A stretch of 64,000 nt of DNA from Azolla caroliniana (lineage: Eukaryota > Plantae > Polypodiophyta). The stretch lies in NCBI GenBank assembly GCA_043228905.1, contig JBHGNT010000107.1, positions 1 through 64,000 of the forward strand, in the 5' to 3' direction. Below the pieces are notes generated by a model, which saw only the letters and a program-made list of their open reading frames with translations, was not told the origin of the DNA and did not search any database. The translations under genes and the position numbers were made by a program. Below are positions 46,701 to 61,077 of the stretch, in pieces; position 1 is the first letter of the stretch; every line of letters begins with the position of its first letter.

Positions 46701-49085
46701 CGGCACATTCGATGCCTACGATCGGACGGAGGAAAGGAGTACTTCTCCGACGAGTTCACCTCCTACCTCCAAGGTGAAGGAATTCGTAGAGAATTCTCAT
46801 GCCGACACACTCCCCAACAAAATGGAGTTGCCAAAAGGAAGAATCGGCAAATACTTGAGGTAGCACGTGCCATGATGCATGAGAAGCACATGCTGAATTT
46901 CTATTGGGCCGAAGCGGCATCCATGGCCGTTTATCTCATGAACCAGTGCACCACCAATGGAGTCCATGAGATAAATCCATATGAGCTCCTCGTCGGAAGG
47001 AAGCCCATCCTCTCGCACCTCAAGGTGTTCAGAAGCATTGCAAATGTACGCATCCCGAACGAAAGTCGAGAGAAGCCCGACGCGAAGTCGGAAGAATGTA
47101 TCCTCATAGGATACTTGTCCACGAAAAAGGCATACAAGTGCTTCAACCCTTCGACCCGAGCGGTGCGGATAAGTCGCGACGTCGTTTTCAATGAATTGTC
47201 ATTTTGGTATAAGCCCGATGTGACTCCATCCGACCCGATCGAGGAAGAGTTGAACGCCAACTCGGACGACGAAACTCGGGCAAGTCCTCCACCGAAGGAC
47301 AATCCAAGCTCTACCGAGCTAATTGGCCCACAAGAGCCTCCACGCGATGAAAACACGTCGCAGCCAAGTCCGACATCGGACAAAGGCAAAGGTGAGATGG
47401 CCGAATACGAAGTCGAGGTCCACCCCGACGACCGTGATTCGGATGATTTGGCTCGCTCACTAGACAGTGAGTTTGGTGTACCCATCATGAGGACACCCGG
47501 AGTAAAGAAGGTGCTCACATCGACAAACGAGAAACTCCGTCGCTCATCACGAGCGAAGACCCAAGTCACTCGTTACGCCTACAACGAGTAAATGGCCCAT
47601 CACTATGCCCTCGCGATGAAGGTAGTGGCTGAACAAGTGCCCGAGGATCCAAGCCTTCGTCATAGGCTTGAGGGGGAGAATAAGCCGCGAAGAGCCGCGC
47701 AACAAAGCCGTGGAGAGCCGCGCAACGAGGCCGCGGAGAGCCGTGCAACGAGGCTGCGAAGACGCGGAGAGCCGCGCAATGAAGCCGCGAAGATGCGAAG
47801 CAAGCCGCAAGCCGCACCGATGCCAACGAAGCCGAAGGAAGCTAAACCAGACGTTGGACGCCTCACACTTGAGCTTGAGGGGGCGTGTTGAGATATCAAG
47901 CTCAACTAGTTTAATCTAGTTAGTCAACACATGTAACTTAGTAGTTACCTAGATCGAATCTAGTTAATGTGTTGACCTTAAGCCTTTAAATACAACCTTG
48001 TACTTAAGTGGAATATTCTACATCCTCCACTCCTTAGTACATTTAATGTAGGACTTACACATAAGTACCTATGTTCTACCCACACATGTGCACCTTTGCA
48101 CATGGGTTGTATATATACCTCATTGTGGGTATTTTTGTATGTTGATGACACTTTTCAATATAGTCAATCATCCCCCATTTATCTTCGTGTTCATAAGTGC
48201 AACTTCCTCTCTCTCTCTCTTCCTCTCACACACTCTCACATGCATATCATACTATGATAGGATGTCAAGAATAGTGGGCAACAAGGCCTGCCAATGGAAG
48301 GAATCGGCTCATTAAAATGCCTCGAATTGAAATGTTTCAATTGACAAGGCCCAATGTGCATAGCAAATGCCCCACTAAGCAAGAGTATTATAATTTTATG
48401 ACACATCGGTCTTGATATAACCAAAATGACATGTCCACGTCCTCTAATCAACAAGTACAAGAACTCATTGCATAGTGAAACGCGAAACTTGTTGACCTGA
48501 TTATAAACGATACCATCTCATAACAGATGGTCCTGAAAAGAAAATGAAAGTCAAGACAAACTTATTGTTAGTTGTTCCCTCGCCCATAAGAGTCAATTTG
48601 GTTACCCGAGCCCAACATATAGGTCACCCACAATCTACACCAACATGAGCAAGGGATGCAAACATTGACACAAAGAAAGTGAAATCCACGGAAAATGCAA
48701 TCCCAAAAAAACATCAAACCACACTACCTTAGTCGTATGCCCAGTTCAAGATGGCAAAATCACTAGAGAATCCATCAACAAACAAAATGAGGCATTGCCT
48801 ACCCGCCTAGGAGTGGTTTCAAGAGTACACCACTCTACTTTGACATGAAGAAAAGCAACATGAACCCAACAAACCAAGCCTCAATTTTCGCCAACTCAAG
48901 GAATGATCATTCGCTCAAGACCATACTAACAAAATAAATGTTGGAGAGAAACCAGTTAGTGAGGACCTATCATATACTAATACACATGTTGCACTTTGAC
49001 AACAAAGCTCTCTCAGGAGGTGTAAAACAACATGGAAAGTGGTTTGTGGGTGGGAATATGAAAGGCACTCACTTTACAAGCAACC

Positions 49086-52000
49086 TGTTGAGAGACAAGC
49101 TCAACATTTGTGCGTAATACGATGCGTAAAATCGGTACGCGTAACATGGTCGTAGCGATGCGTAAACCGTGAGGCCGTTTGGAAGATATTCCTCATAAGG
49201 AATAGTTTTGGGAGTAAGTGTCGAGGCTCATTTATGAGCAGTCAAGTACTGTCAGTACTTGTGTCAGCCCGATTGTCAGGGCTTGTATAAAAATGCTCAC
49301 TGAGCACATCCTATGTACAGATTGAGTATTATCTTTTTGAATTAAGTTCTGTGTTTACTCTCTCTCTCTGTCTCTCCCGTGCTACCAAAATGTAATGTTT
49401 TAGTACTACCAAAATGCCCAGTTGTATATGTGTCATGACAATTTTGTACTATTCGAAGGCGGCAAGAACCATTAGGAACATACAAAAGTTCTTTAAAGAA
49501 GAGTAATCCATCATGGTATTTGAATTGCCGATAGTCCGAACCTGGTGGTTGCGACTGTGAAAACGACGCTCGAGAGGGATCAGTTTGTGCTAGTATAGCT
49601 TGGGCGAACGCATCTGTCTTCAAGTCTTCACGTATGGTATCGATAACGCGGGAATCCATGGGCATGTCAAAGATCTGTGTTGCTTGTAGTCGTGCCGGTC
49701 CCAAGATGACTGATAATGCATCGGCCTTCCCTTGGTGCTTCCCCGGACAATATGTAATTTTGAAGTCGAAACGTGTGAGAAAGTGGGCCCACCGAGCTTG
49801 ACGTCGATTCAACACACGAGCATCCTAAAAGTAGGCAAGATTCTTGTGGTCACTAAATACGGTGACTGGATGAGAGGATCCCTCCAGAAAATGCCTCCAT
49901 TGCATAAAAGAATCCACTATTGCCAATAGCTCCTTATCATGAATTTCATAGTTGATTTCGGCGGCGTCAAACTTACGTGAGTGAAAAAGCCACAGGATGT
50001 AGCTTCTAATCATTCCCCTGTTGTGATAGAATGCTCCCCAATGCAAAATCCGATTCGTCAGCTTCGATAATGAATGGTTTTTCCGGATCGACATGAGCTA
50101 GAATTGGAGCCGATGTAAATGCCTTTTTAAGACTCTCGAAAGCCATGTCCGTTTCTTCAGACCAGATGAACGGTTGTCCCTTCCTGGTAAGTTGTGTGAG
50201 AGGTAGAACGATCTTTGAGTAATCTTGTATGAACTTCTGGTAAAAATTGGCAAAGCCTAGGAAGCATTGCACATCCCGCACCGAACGCGGAGTCTGTCAT
50301 TCTACCACCATTTTGACCTTAGCTGGGTCCATGGAGATGCCTTCTGACGAAATGATGTAGCCGAGAAATCCCACTTGGTTGCACCCGAAACTACATTTTT
50401 CTAGCTTTGCATACAGACCATGTTCTCAAAGTCGTTTTAGTACTAATAGTACATGAGAATAATGTTCTTCTTGGGTCTTTGAATAATTTAACCAGTAGAT
50501 CATCCAAATAGATGATCAAACAATCATCCAATAGATCTCGGAATATATCATTAGCCATGTGTTGGAAGACTATCGGCGCGTTAGTTAGGCCGAACGGCAT
50601 GACCGTATACTCGAAGTGCCCATATCTAGTGCGAAACGCGGTCTTCCATTCGTCTCCTGGTCGGATCCGTACGAGGTTATATGCTCCCCGTAAGTCGATC
50701 TTCGTGAAGAACCTGGCACTCTTGATCCGTTCTAAAAGACTTGAGATAAGGGGAAGAGCATACCTATTCCTGATTGTAACCTTATTCAAGCCACGGTAAT
50801 CTACAACGAGACGAAGCGATCCATCCTTTTTCTTGACGAAGAAAATGGGCACGCTGGATGGAGATTTCGAATGCCGAATGAAACCATTTTCCAAATTCTC
50901 CTCTATATAGGCCCGAAGGACTTCCAACTCGGTTGGTGACAAATTGTAGATCGGTTCCCATGGCGGCTCTTTTCCCAGTTGTAAATCGATGGGGCAATCG
51001 TACGGTCGATGATGAGGAAGTGTGTTGGCTTGAACTTTATCGAACATATCGGCGTAATGACGATACTTCTCGGGAAGTTGAATGGTGGATTCTTCTTTAG
51101 TGGTGCTGGAGGGGTTTACTGATATTGTGAAGAGGAACATTTCCTCCTTGCGCCCTTCTTTACACAACTGACATAGCGAAATGGTTGCCATCTTCTGAGT
51201 TGACCCTTGGGTTTGTCAACACCGGATTTCTCTTGTTCTCCAATCTATGTCTGGGTTATGTAACTCGAACCACGGTAATCCTAAAACTATAGGATGTTCT
51301 GGGATACTAATAATATTAAATGATACTACACATGCTAAGTTATCTAGGACAATATTAATGGGCTCTAACTCTTCTATGATATTTCCGGAAGCAATGGGAC
51401 GTCCATCAATGACTACTACAAAGGCTGGACACTGGAGTTTTCTTAGGGATATCTTATGAGCTTGAGCAAATTTCTTATCCATAAAGCAAGAGTTAGCTCC
51501 GGAATCTAGGAGTCCTAGGACATGTACTGGAGGGGTACTTTTAGTACTAACTATTACTTGGGCTACGAACACATCACTAACTTGCTTAGAGGGAATGGAA
51601 CCACTAATGGGTTGCACAGATCTAGGGTTGTCCAACCAAACGGCTCCTATTTTGGCTGGACTTAGTCGTTTAACTCTTCTTCTAACTGACTAAGGACATC
51701 ACATTTGTTCGCTAGATCTGGGCTATTAGTACTATTAGGACTATCATATATCGTTACTGAAATAGGCTCAAGTTTAGTACAATTAGAACTAGCGACTATT
51801 TGGTTTACCTGTCTTCTTGGCCTATAGGGGAAATTTATTGTGATATGTCCTGGTCCACCGCAGTAAAGACATAGTCGATTTGTACGGCGTTGCTGCTTTT
51901 CTTCTTCGGATAATGGCCCTCGACGACGTGTAGTGTCAATCTCCATCGGAGTCCGAGTATTCGCTGGAGGCGCATTATATGACTCCCTCGGAAAAGGTCT

Positions 52001-54605
52001 TGCTACCACCAAGGCGTAGGTGGGCTCTGATCTTGCCCTCGGCATCTGTAGCTGTCGTTCCGAACGTCACTCAAAGAGGCGGTTGTCACATCTCACCGCG
52101 CGACTGATTGCTTCTGTTAAGGACTTTGGCTCTTCGGGGAAGGTCAAGAGTAAATCCTTGACGTCGTTGCATAAACCATAACGGAAATGCTCCATCAACG
52201 CTTGATCATCCCAAGGGATATCGGCGGCGAGTAGGCGAAAATCTGCAGCGTATGCGGAGGCTGGACGATCACCTTGGAGTAATGGCCGAATTTTGTTGAT
52301 TGCGGTCCTGATGCTGTCAGTATCTCCGAAACATGCTTTAAACTCACCTAGAAACTCTTCAAAATTGTTGAGTAACGGAGATTCCTTTTCTAATAGTGGA
52401 GCGAACCATGCCAACGTTGAGCCACTTAACAAAGTTCCTACTAAACCCACTTGTGATGCATCGGTGGGATATTGGGAAGGATGCATTTGAATAACTAATC
52501 GTACCTGGTTAAGGAACCCTCTAAACTGCGATCGCGTTCCATCAAACTTCGTGGGAAGGCCAATCTTGGGTTCTTTATGAATACCTTGTGTTCTGGGCCC
52601 TTGTTGTTGCATCGCTACGATGGTTGCTTCGAGTTGTTACACTCGTAACGCAAGTTCCCCATGTTGTTGTTGCGTTTGCTGCCTTTCTAAGGAGATTTGC
52701 TGAAGATCCCCCAGCAACCATTGGTTTTCTTGTTCCAAAGCATGGAACTTCTCTTTCAAGCATTGAAATTCTGAGAAAACAGATTGATATTCTTCAGCGC
52801 TAATAGTGGCCATGGGATGAAAGAAAAGAGGAATAAGAGATTAGTAGGAAATGAGAGAGACAGAAGGTAACCGAAATTGGTTGCACCGTGTCAGGAACAG
52901 TACCAAGACAGAGAAGGAATTAGTACTAAACGAAGGATTAGTACTATGAGAGGTGTAGAACTTCTTTGAGAGAAGGAAGAAGTGAGCAAGACAGAGAGAA
53001 GGAGAGAGATCGAGAGAGGGAGAGAGTGATGATAAGAAAGATATGTATTATGTGAAGAGAATATACAATGGTGGCTAAAAGGCTTAAGACTGGCGTTGAA
53101 CCAATTTGGTTCAACATAATGCCTAGTGCCCTCTTTTATAGTGTTTTCAGGAGTAATCCTGAAGCTTCTAGATTGTTCCAGAGAAATCTGGAATATACAT
53201 TAATTTCCTATAATAAAATGTAAATGAAAATAATATCCTACGTATTACAATAGATGATCTAATGGTCAAGAGCTCGACCCATATAACCTAAGGTCATGGG
53301 TTCTTTATGACACACTATCGAGCACCGAAGCTAAGTACCGAGGAGCGGGTGTCGCGACATGCGAAGCCATATGGTTGAAATGGCTACTTAAGGACCTGCA
53401 AGAGGAGGTGTCCGATTCGACGGCGATCTACTAGGACAACCTCAGCGGCATCCAGCTCGCGAAGAACCCTATTTTCCATGCACGGACCAAGCACATTGAG
53501 GTGCACTACCATTTTGTCTGTGAGCGTGTCCTTTCTGGTGAAGTCGAACTTCAGTATGTTCCGACGAATCGGCAGACCGCCGACATCTTCACCAAGCCTC
53601 TTGGTCTAGACAAGTTACGGCAATTCTCAGGTGTGCTTGGGTTGCGTCACCTCGACGTGCCAAACTTGAGGGGGAGAGACGTCCCAGGTGACCACGGAAG
53701 GGAGCGGGAAAGGAGCGGAAAAGACCGTAGCGCTAAGTCGGATGACGAATTCGATTTCGGATCGATTGAAGAAGCCGAGGGCGGATCCGTGGAAGAGTCT
53801 GAAAGCGGACATAAGGGGAGCAGTCGGAAGAAAGAGCCAAAGTCAACCAAGCATGGAGGAGATGACGCCGTCAAGGGCGAGAAGACCGAAGACAAGTTGG
53901 AGACAGCCAACTCGGACGAGAGCGAAAACCGATCGGAAGTAGCCGAGTCGGTTTGGATGTTTGATTCGGATGCACTGAGTCAACCAAGGACCAAGCGGAG
54001 AAGAAGGCAGCAGGAGAAGCGCCAACACCGCGACATCAAGGGAGCTGTGAAGGGTCGTGGGAGCAGACAAGCCGACCAGAAGGGTCAAAGCGCGCGGAGT
54101 CAAACAGGCCGAGGAGCGCAAGCGAGGCGAGGAGCTAGGAGAAGCCGGAGCGTAGATCCGAAGGAGCAGGCAGAACCTCAAGTTGAGCTTGAGGGGGAGT
54201 GTTGAGAGACAAGCTCAACATTTGTGCGTAATACGATGCGTAACCAATGCGTAGATTGGGTGCGTAAAATCAGTACGCGTAACATGGTCAGAGCGGTGCG
54301 TAAACCGCGAGGCCGTTTGGAAGATATTCCTCGTAAGGAATAGTTTTGGGAGTAAGTGTCGAGGCTCATTTATGAGCAGTCAAGTATTGTCAGTACTTGT
54401 GTCAGCCCGATTGTCAGGGCTTGTATAAAAGTGCTCTCGGAGCACATCCTATGTACAGATTGAGTATTATCTTTTTGAATTAAGTTCTGTGTTTACTCTC
54501 TCTCTCTGTCTCTCCCGTGCGTACTGTGCAAACCTAAGCTTTCCATTAAACCTGCGTTTTCTGTTGTTCAGTTTCCTGTATTGCTTCCGCACACAATTCT
54601 TTTCA
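49086..54605 (+). mobile_element. Deleted Copia element: partial 5' LTR, RNase H end, 3' LTR
   Basis: TSD CAACC (49081-49085, 54606-54610). LTRs 49086-~49382 and 54200-54605. RNase H LSSTEAKY..HARTKHIEVHYHF..QTADIFTKPL. PPT GAGGGGGAG. Confidence 0.92.
49393..53312 (-). mobile_element. Older degenerate copy G3 of the G2 chromovirus family, truncated in INT
   Basis: LTR 52889-53312. Gag, protease, RT and RNase H pieces closely match 21726-25210. Confidence 0.95.
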
Positions 54606-55659
54606 CAACCCACGTGAATACACCCACCTTGTTTCACTTCATTAGAGCTAAGATATGCAATTGATCGGTATGAGCGCTTGACGTACGCTTGTGATAGACA
54701 TAGTCAGTGTAGCAGCTTCTACTTACACACACACAAGGTTGAATAGATGTATGTACGTGTGAAGGTTTCAACTTTCCCCCCACAACTTAACAAGCTCTAG
54801 AAGACACATATATACACACCATTCTACTTGATCAATTTTCTTGAAGATGTTATGGGTTTAATCCCACATAGAAAGACATTCACACAATTGAAGCTTTTAT
54901 ATAAGAATGAGTAAAGCTCTTCAATCACGGCTATACTTGAACATGATTTGTTCTATAGTTTGTACCACTTGTGTGAGCAATTCTATGCTTAGACAATGTC
55001 TACACTACTCGGAAGATGAAGTATGTGCTCATCTGCCAGAGCGCCAGAATACACTATCAAGCCTCTCCTTCCTCGCCAGAGGAAGAAGAGGCTGTTAATG
55101 ACCGTCCTGCAACTTGCATAATTCCCACCTGTAGTGAAGGCAGATGAGCGATCTGAGGAGTTCCATTTTTATTAATGATTGATTCCTTTTTACTATCAAA
55201 ACAACGTGTCTTTGATCGCAAGACCTTTGACCTTGTCCGTCTAGTAGGAACAAGAACTAATTGCATGGTTCCATCGCGAAGCCTCATGTCCTAGCTGCGA
55301 GAGAAGACATCTAGTGCCCAATTGTCGAAAGAAGAAAATTTAAGAGATTTGTTACAGACTTGTTGTCTATCGTACCCTCGATAATAGAGGCAAATGTGAT
55401 CACACATGCCCAACGAATAGCTCACGAATAGCGCACAAGGGACATAGATTGCAGTATGCAAAAGCTACGAAAGACACAATTGAAAAAATTACCTCGCAAT
55501 GAAAATACCTACCAAAGGACCAAGGACGGTTACTTGCCCATCTCGCAAATGATCCAGACCGCATCGTGGAAAAACATGTCGAAGAGTACATAAAGCTAGT
55601 TTGATAAGAAGACGAACAAAAGACACCCAACTTATCGAGCTTAAATTTCAACCAACTAA

Positions 55660-58600
55660 AACAATGGGTAAGTTGTGCAAATATCCCTAATCTTGTATTA
55701 ATATCTTGAGCATTGTCGTGGTGGGGGAGAGAGAGAAAGGTAAAATTGTGTCACCCACAAACAAACCTTTGATTCAAAGGAACCACCCAACTCCAAGGAG
55801 CCCCCCACTCGATGGAGTTCCCAACCCTAGGGAGCCTCTGATTCTACGAGCCTTCAGCTCAAATGAGCATTCAAGTAGAATAAATTTCTCGTAGATTGTA
55901 AGGTTGCTAATTCACATAAAAGGGGAGTTTACAAGAGGAAAACCATAAAGGGGTTCTAAGTCTTATTTTGTGGTCTTACCAAGTACACACACACATGTTT
56001 ACGCGTTGTATTTGGTGAACCCAACAACAAAGAGTGGCGAGGGAGGGGAAAGATGCAAAGAGAAGACTCTGCAACCATGATGGTCATGGAGATGGACTGG
56101 TTGATGCGACAAAGAGAGGACGTGGTCGAGCTAGATAAAGCCGTATAAATGGTCATTGGAACATTTGGTGAGTTTATTAGAAAGGATGTTTCTCACTACT
56201 TGGAGGCTTATAAAGCTAAGATTCTTATGAGAGATATTCCAAGCAATCAAAAGTGACTTTGCAAAGGGTGGTAGCGCTTAAAAGAGATGTGATGGCATGT
56301 TTAGTTATTCCAAAACACCAAGGGAGTGGGTTGTTGCGTGAGGAGAGAGAGAGAGAGAGAGTCTAGAACAATGTGTAGAAAAATGGAGAGAAAACCCTTG
56401 TTACTAAAAGTCCCTATCTTGTTATAAGAGATTTGGGCCCAATTCTTATTGCTAAGTAACTTTTAGGTCATTTGGGCATGTTCACACATAGGCAATGGCC
56501 AAAAGCTGTAAAGATAATCTAAATGCCTATAACCCCCAAATTGGGGCCAATAATATAGGAAAGATGTGTCTAGAAAGTTCTCTGAGGGAGCTTTCGTATG
56601 AAAAGGTCAAAATATACAAAAAAGGAGAGTCCTTAGGGCCTTCATCCCCAACAACCTCCCACTTAAAGGACCAAGGAGGATCCTTTAAGCTAAGTAACTC
56701 CCATCATCTGTATACATAGTTGATGTTGTGCCTTGGGTAGACACTTTGTGAGACCATTTGAAGAATTCCGTGAAGTATTGAACTTTATCAAAGTGATTAG
56801 GTCATCCTCTAGCACTTCTCTAGTGAAGTGCTATCTCACATCAAACATTGCATTCTTTGTGTGAGCATGAAACATTGCATTCTTTGCCAAACATATGGCA
56901 CTCTAGCTATCACATCCAAGAACAGATGTCTTTTTCAAGCATCCTGAACTCACTACACAAGCGGGCTAACCAAATGGCTTCTTTGGAAGCCTCGGTGGCT
57001 GATATATTCAACCTCTGTAGTAGACAATGCAACTATCCTTTGAAGTATAGAGCACCATGAAATAGCTCCACCTACAAGGGGGTATGCATAGCCACTTGTG
57101 AAGTCAAGTGTATCCACATCACTTTCCATGTCTGAATCACAAAACCTGTTTAACTCTAATGGACCCTTTCCATAACATAGCCATTTACCTTTGGTCCCTT
57201 TCAAATATCTCAAGATAGACTTGATTGCCTCCCAATGAGCTCTACCAAGGTTATCCATGAACCTGCTAACAACTTCGATTGCATCAGCAATTTATTGTTG
57301 AGTGGCAACCATAACATACATAAGTGAACTAGAACTTGATGCATATGGAACATTCTTCATGTAATTAGCTGCACCATCATCTTTGGGACATTCATCCTTG
57401 GAAAACTGAAAATGTGGTTGTGGTGGTACTCACAAGAGACTTAACATCAGTCCATTAAATTTATCCAACACTTTTTCAATGTACTTTTCTTGGGATAAAT
57501 GCAAAGTATATTGATACCTATCCCTTTTTATTAACATACCAAGAATATGCTCAAGGTCCTCAAGCTCTTTCATTAAGAATGCAAAGTCAACTGTTGTATT
57601 AGACCATTAAGTATGTTGTTTTTCTTCCTAGCGAGCAACATATCATCTACATACACTACAAGAATAATTGGGCTGCCATCTTCATCCTTTTTGGTGTACA
57701 AACAGTGGTTTGAATGACTTCTTTTGAACCCATTTTGAGCATAAATTTATCAAACTTCTTATACCATTGCCTAAGGGCCTGTTTTAGCCCATATAAGCTC
57801 CTTTTCAACTTGCATACCAGATTCTTTTTTCCAGGCATAACATATCCTTCTATTTGTTTCATATACGACTCTTTGTCTAAATCACCATGCAAAAAGGTTG
57901 TTTTAACATCCATTTGAAATAAATCCAAATCCAAGGCGGTTGTTAGCGCAACCAAACACTGTGTAGTCATTTTAACCACTAGAGAGAAAACCTCTTGGAA
58001 AGAGGGTTTTTAGGCATATCCCTTATCAACCAACCTTGCCTTATACTTGGGTTTGCCATCAACAGTTTTGATTTTGTATACCCACTTGTTTGGAATGGCC
58101 TTCCAACCTTTGGGCAACTTAACCAAATCCCAAGTATCATTTGCATGGAAGGCGTTTATCTCTTCCTGCATGGCTAACTCCCACTTTTCTTCTTGTGTTA
58201 CACAGTTTTGCTCGTTTACAAGTAAGAGGTTCATCCTCATCTGAAAACATAGTGTAATGTATAAAGGGGTCATATCCGTTCACTTGCCTCCTAAGATGTG
58301 TAGATCTTCTTACCCGATAATCCCCATTATTGGGTAATGGATCTACATCCCCATGCAAGCAATACAGAGTCCCTTTTCTTCGTACCTTTAACAATTAGCC
58401 TAGAGCCTTTGATAAGCTTTCATGACCATTTCTTAAGGAGAGTAATATATCCATGCGTATACATTTGTTCAACAGACAATACACTTTTCTTGATGCTTGG
58501 TACATACCTTACATCATGCAAAACCAACTCATTATACCACCCACTGTGAGATGCATTGTGCCAACACCTTCAATAGAACAAGCATGGTTGTTTACACGGT

Positions 58601-58950
58601 ATACATGTCCATGGTTGCTTGCATGAAATGCAGTAAAACACTCCTTAATGGGAGTAACATGAAATGATGCACCTGAATCCACAATGAATGTTTGTGACTG
58701 CCCATCATTCAGAGTAAGCAAGCTGTGAATTAGATCGCTCTTTGTAATCTTCATATCCTGTGCATGAATAAAAATAGATGCACCATTAACTTCAGGATGA
58801 TCTGTTGCCATAGTAACACAAAGAATATCTTCTGCATCTAAAGGCTCCTCAAATGATGACACAAGAGGCCACATTGGCCTTCTCTTTGTCCTTATCCTTA
58901 TCCTACTGCATTGATAACCAATGCGAAGCACCAACAAATATAGCTTACTC
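55660..58950 (-). mobile_element. Old degenerate Copia (protease, RT, RNase H, PPT, 3' LTR), INT largely deleted
   Basis: IVDSGASFHVTP, QMDVKTTFLHGDL, SLYGLKQ, YVDDML and ALSTTEVEY. LTR starts TGTTGGGG at 56653 on the minus strand. Left end uncertain. Confidence 0.8.
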
Positions 58951-59879
58951 AATTTATTGGAATTTACTGACTTGGTATAGTATTACAGCTCATGGTGTGG
59001 TGTGGTTTCCTCTATTTGGTTTACACTCCAATCTGTCAACATGCTGATGATACTCTCCATCACAAGCAGAGCAAGAAATGGTGGACTATTATACGTACCT
59101 TTTGATTTGAAGCACTGCCAAAACACCAATTTTAGTGTAAGCATGGGTGTATCGGTTGAATCGCTGATCCAAATTTAGTGGGCAGCTAGTAGGGTAACCA
59201 AAGGTCATCTGCCACATTTACAGGCTTTCATTTCTGCTTGAAATAGGCAGGTGAGGACATGCTAGGATTTTGGAGACAGAAAAGGACATATTAGTGGAGT
59301 ATGGTAGTAGCATGTTCGGTAGGCTTCCTAACCCATCAACTGCAGTATAAAGAACCATTACAATAGCATCGTGTTCCCTTTGTTTCAGAATAAACCATAC
59401 AGGAACAATACCAAGATACATTATAAGAACGGGCCTGCGTTTCAGTTTGAGAAAAGGTCGTATGAGGGGAGCAGTCTCATGTTCCCTTTGTTTCATAACG
59501 CAGACATGATAGTACAAGTATACATTCCGAGGGCTCGCAAGAATCTGAGGTTGGGAACAGCAGATGATAGGAGAGTAGTATTGAGTTCTCTTCCTTCCCT
59601 AACCCATCAATGCCATTACCAACATACATTAAAAGAAATGTACCAGAATTTCATTCATGCATTGGATTTTGATCCGAATTTGGAGATCCATCCTCAACTC
59701 CAAAGTTGTGTTTTGTACAGGTGTAGCATTCAGTGTGCCTAGTACACACACAATGGACGATGCTAGTTCTGCTACTTGCAATATGGCATGTCCAACAGTC
59801 AAGGCTGGGGAATGTTTTGTTTAAACCATAGACAGTGGTATGACATTCCCTTGATGTCCTAGCAAACCCATATATGCCA

Positions 59880-60530
59880 GTAGAACATACATTACAAGTG
59901 CATACCAGAATTCCAGGCCAGGCAAAGGCAATCGCAGTAAAGTGGTATCCTGTTCCTTTTCTTTCGTTGGCCATACACCAAGAGAGTGGTACCAGGTTCC
60001 CTTGGTTTCCCATACATTCCAATACAACATACATTACAAGAGCATGCCAGAATTCCAAGCCAAGGAAAGGCAATTAAAGGAATGTGGTATCCTGTTCCTT
60101 CTCATTCCTAGCACATACACCAAAGAGAGAGGTACCAGGGTCCCTTGTTTTCCCATACATTCCAGTACAACATACATTACAAGAGCCTGCCAGTAATCCA
60201 AGGCTCAAGCCAAGGAGAGGCCATCCCAGAGACTTTGTTCCTTTACTTTTTACTAGCACATATATTGATATCACAGAAACAGCCTTTACATTCCATTTCG
60301 ATTGGTGCAATTTTTGCAAATTAAACTGAATCATTTACTGACAAACAAAAAAGGAGAACTCATCAGATCGCTCTTCTGAGGCCATCCCAGGAACTTTGTT
60401 CCATTTCTTTTTACTAGCACATACATCGATATTACACAAACAGCCTCCATTTCGATTGGTGCAATTTTTGCAAAATTAAACCGAATCATTTACTTACTAA
60501 CAAACAAAAAAGTAGAACTCGTCAGATCGC
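59880..60530. repeat. Degenerate tandem duplications (~140 bp and ~165 bp units)
   Basis: CATAC/ACATTACAAG at ~59887, 60028 and 60171. GAGGCCATCCCAG..CAGATCGC at ~60218 and 60379. Confidence 0.75.
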
Positions 60531-61077
60531 GCATCTGCCTTCACTGCAGGTGGGAATTATGCACACACACTGCAGGACGGTCATCAACAGCCTCCTTGTT
60601 CATCTCGCGAGGAGGGAGGAGACTTGACTGTATTCACGCTCTAGCAGGTGAGCGCAAATGGCTTCATCTTCCGAGTAGTGCAGGCATTGTCTGAGCAGAG
60701 AATTGCTCACACAAGAGGTACGAACTATAGAACAGATCCTGTTCAAGTATAGTCGTGATTGAAAGGCCCTACTCATGTCTTATATAAAAGCTTCAATTTC
60801 ATGGATGCCTTTATATGTGGGATTAAACCCAATAGCATCTTCAACTAGATCCATTCTATTCTTCACATGCATTGCTAGCACCAAGCACTTCGATGTATGT
60901 ACATATAGATCCAAGATCCATCAACGACCAATATTAGTATATATTGTTAAAGAATTATGGTTTTGTGCCTCCCAAGTTCCCAATTGCTTTGTACACTTCC
61001 TTGAGAGAGATTTGTTGTCAATGTGCAACATTCAGCTCTTTAGGGGGGTGTCTTAGTGTATGATAGGTCCTCGGTGC

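Larger units (their letters stand above)
34259..48254 (+). mobile_element. Copia element C lacking RT/RH, with two large internal insertions
   Basis: 5' LTR 34259-34709, PBS TGGTATCAAAGC 34710-34721. Gag 37906..38472, protease WFVDSNASHHMT, INT LWHK and RSDGGKEY..QQNGVA (to ~47590). INT joins the 3' tail directly at ~47645. PPT 47877-47885, 3' LTR from 47886 truncated at ~48254. Confidence 0.9.
54800..60900. repeat. Dispersed inverted repeat pair ~54800-55170 and ~60510-60900
   Basis: Reverse-complement matches including CACTACTCGGAAGATGAAG, ATGACCGTCCTGCA and GCATAATTCCCACCTG. Confidence 0.85.

Noticed and set aside
59218-60334. Short ORFs as host genes
   Set aside because: They overlap on both strands within degenerate duplications and have no recognisable motifs.
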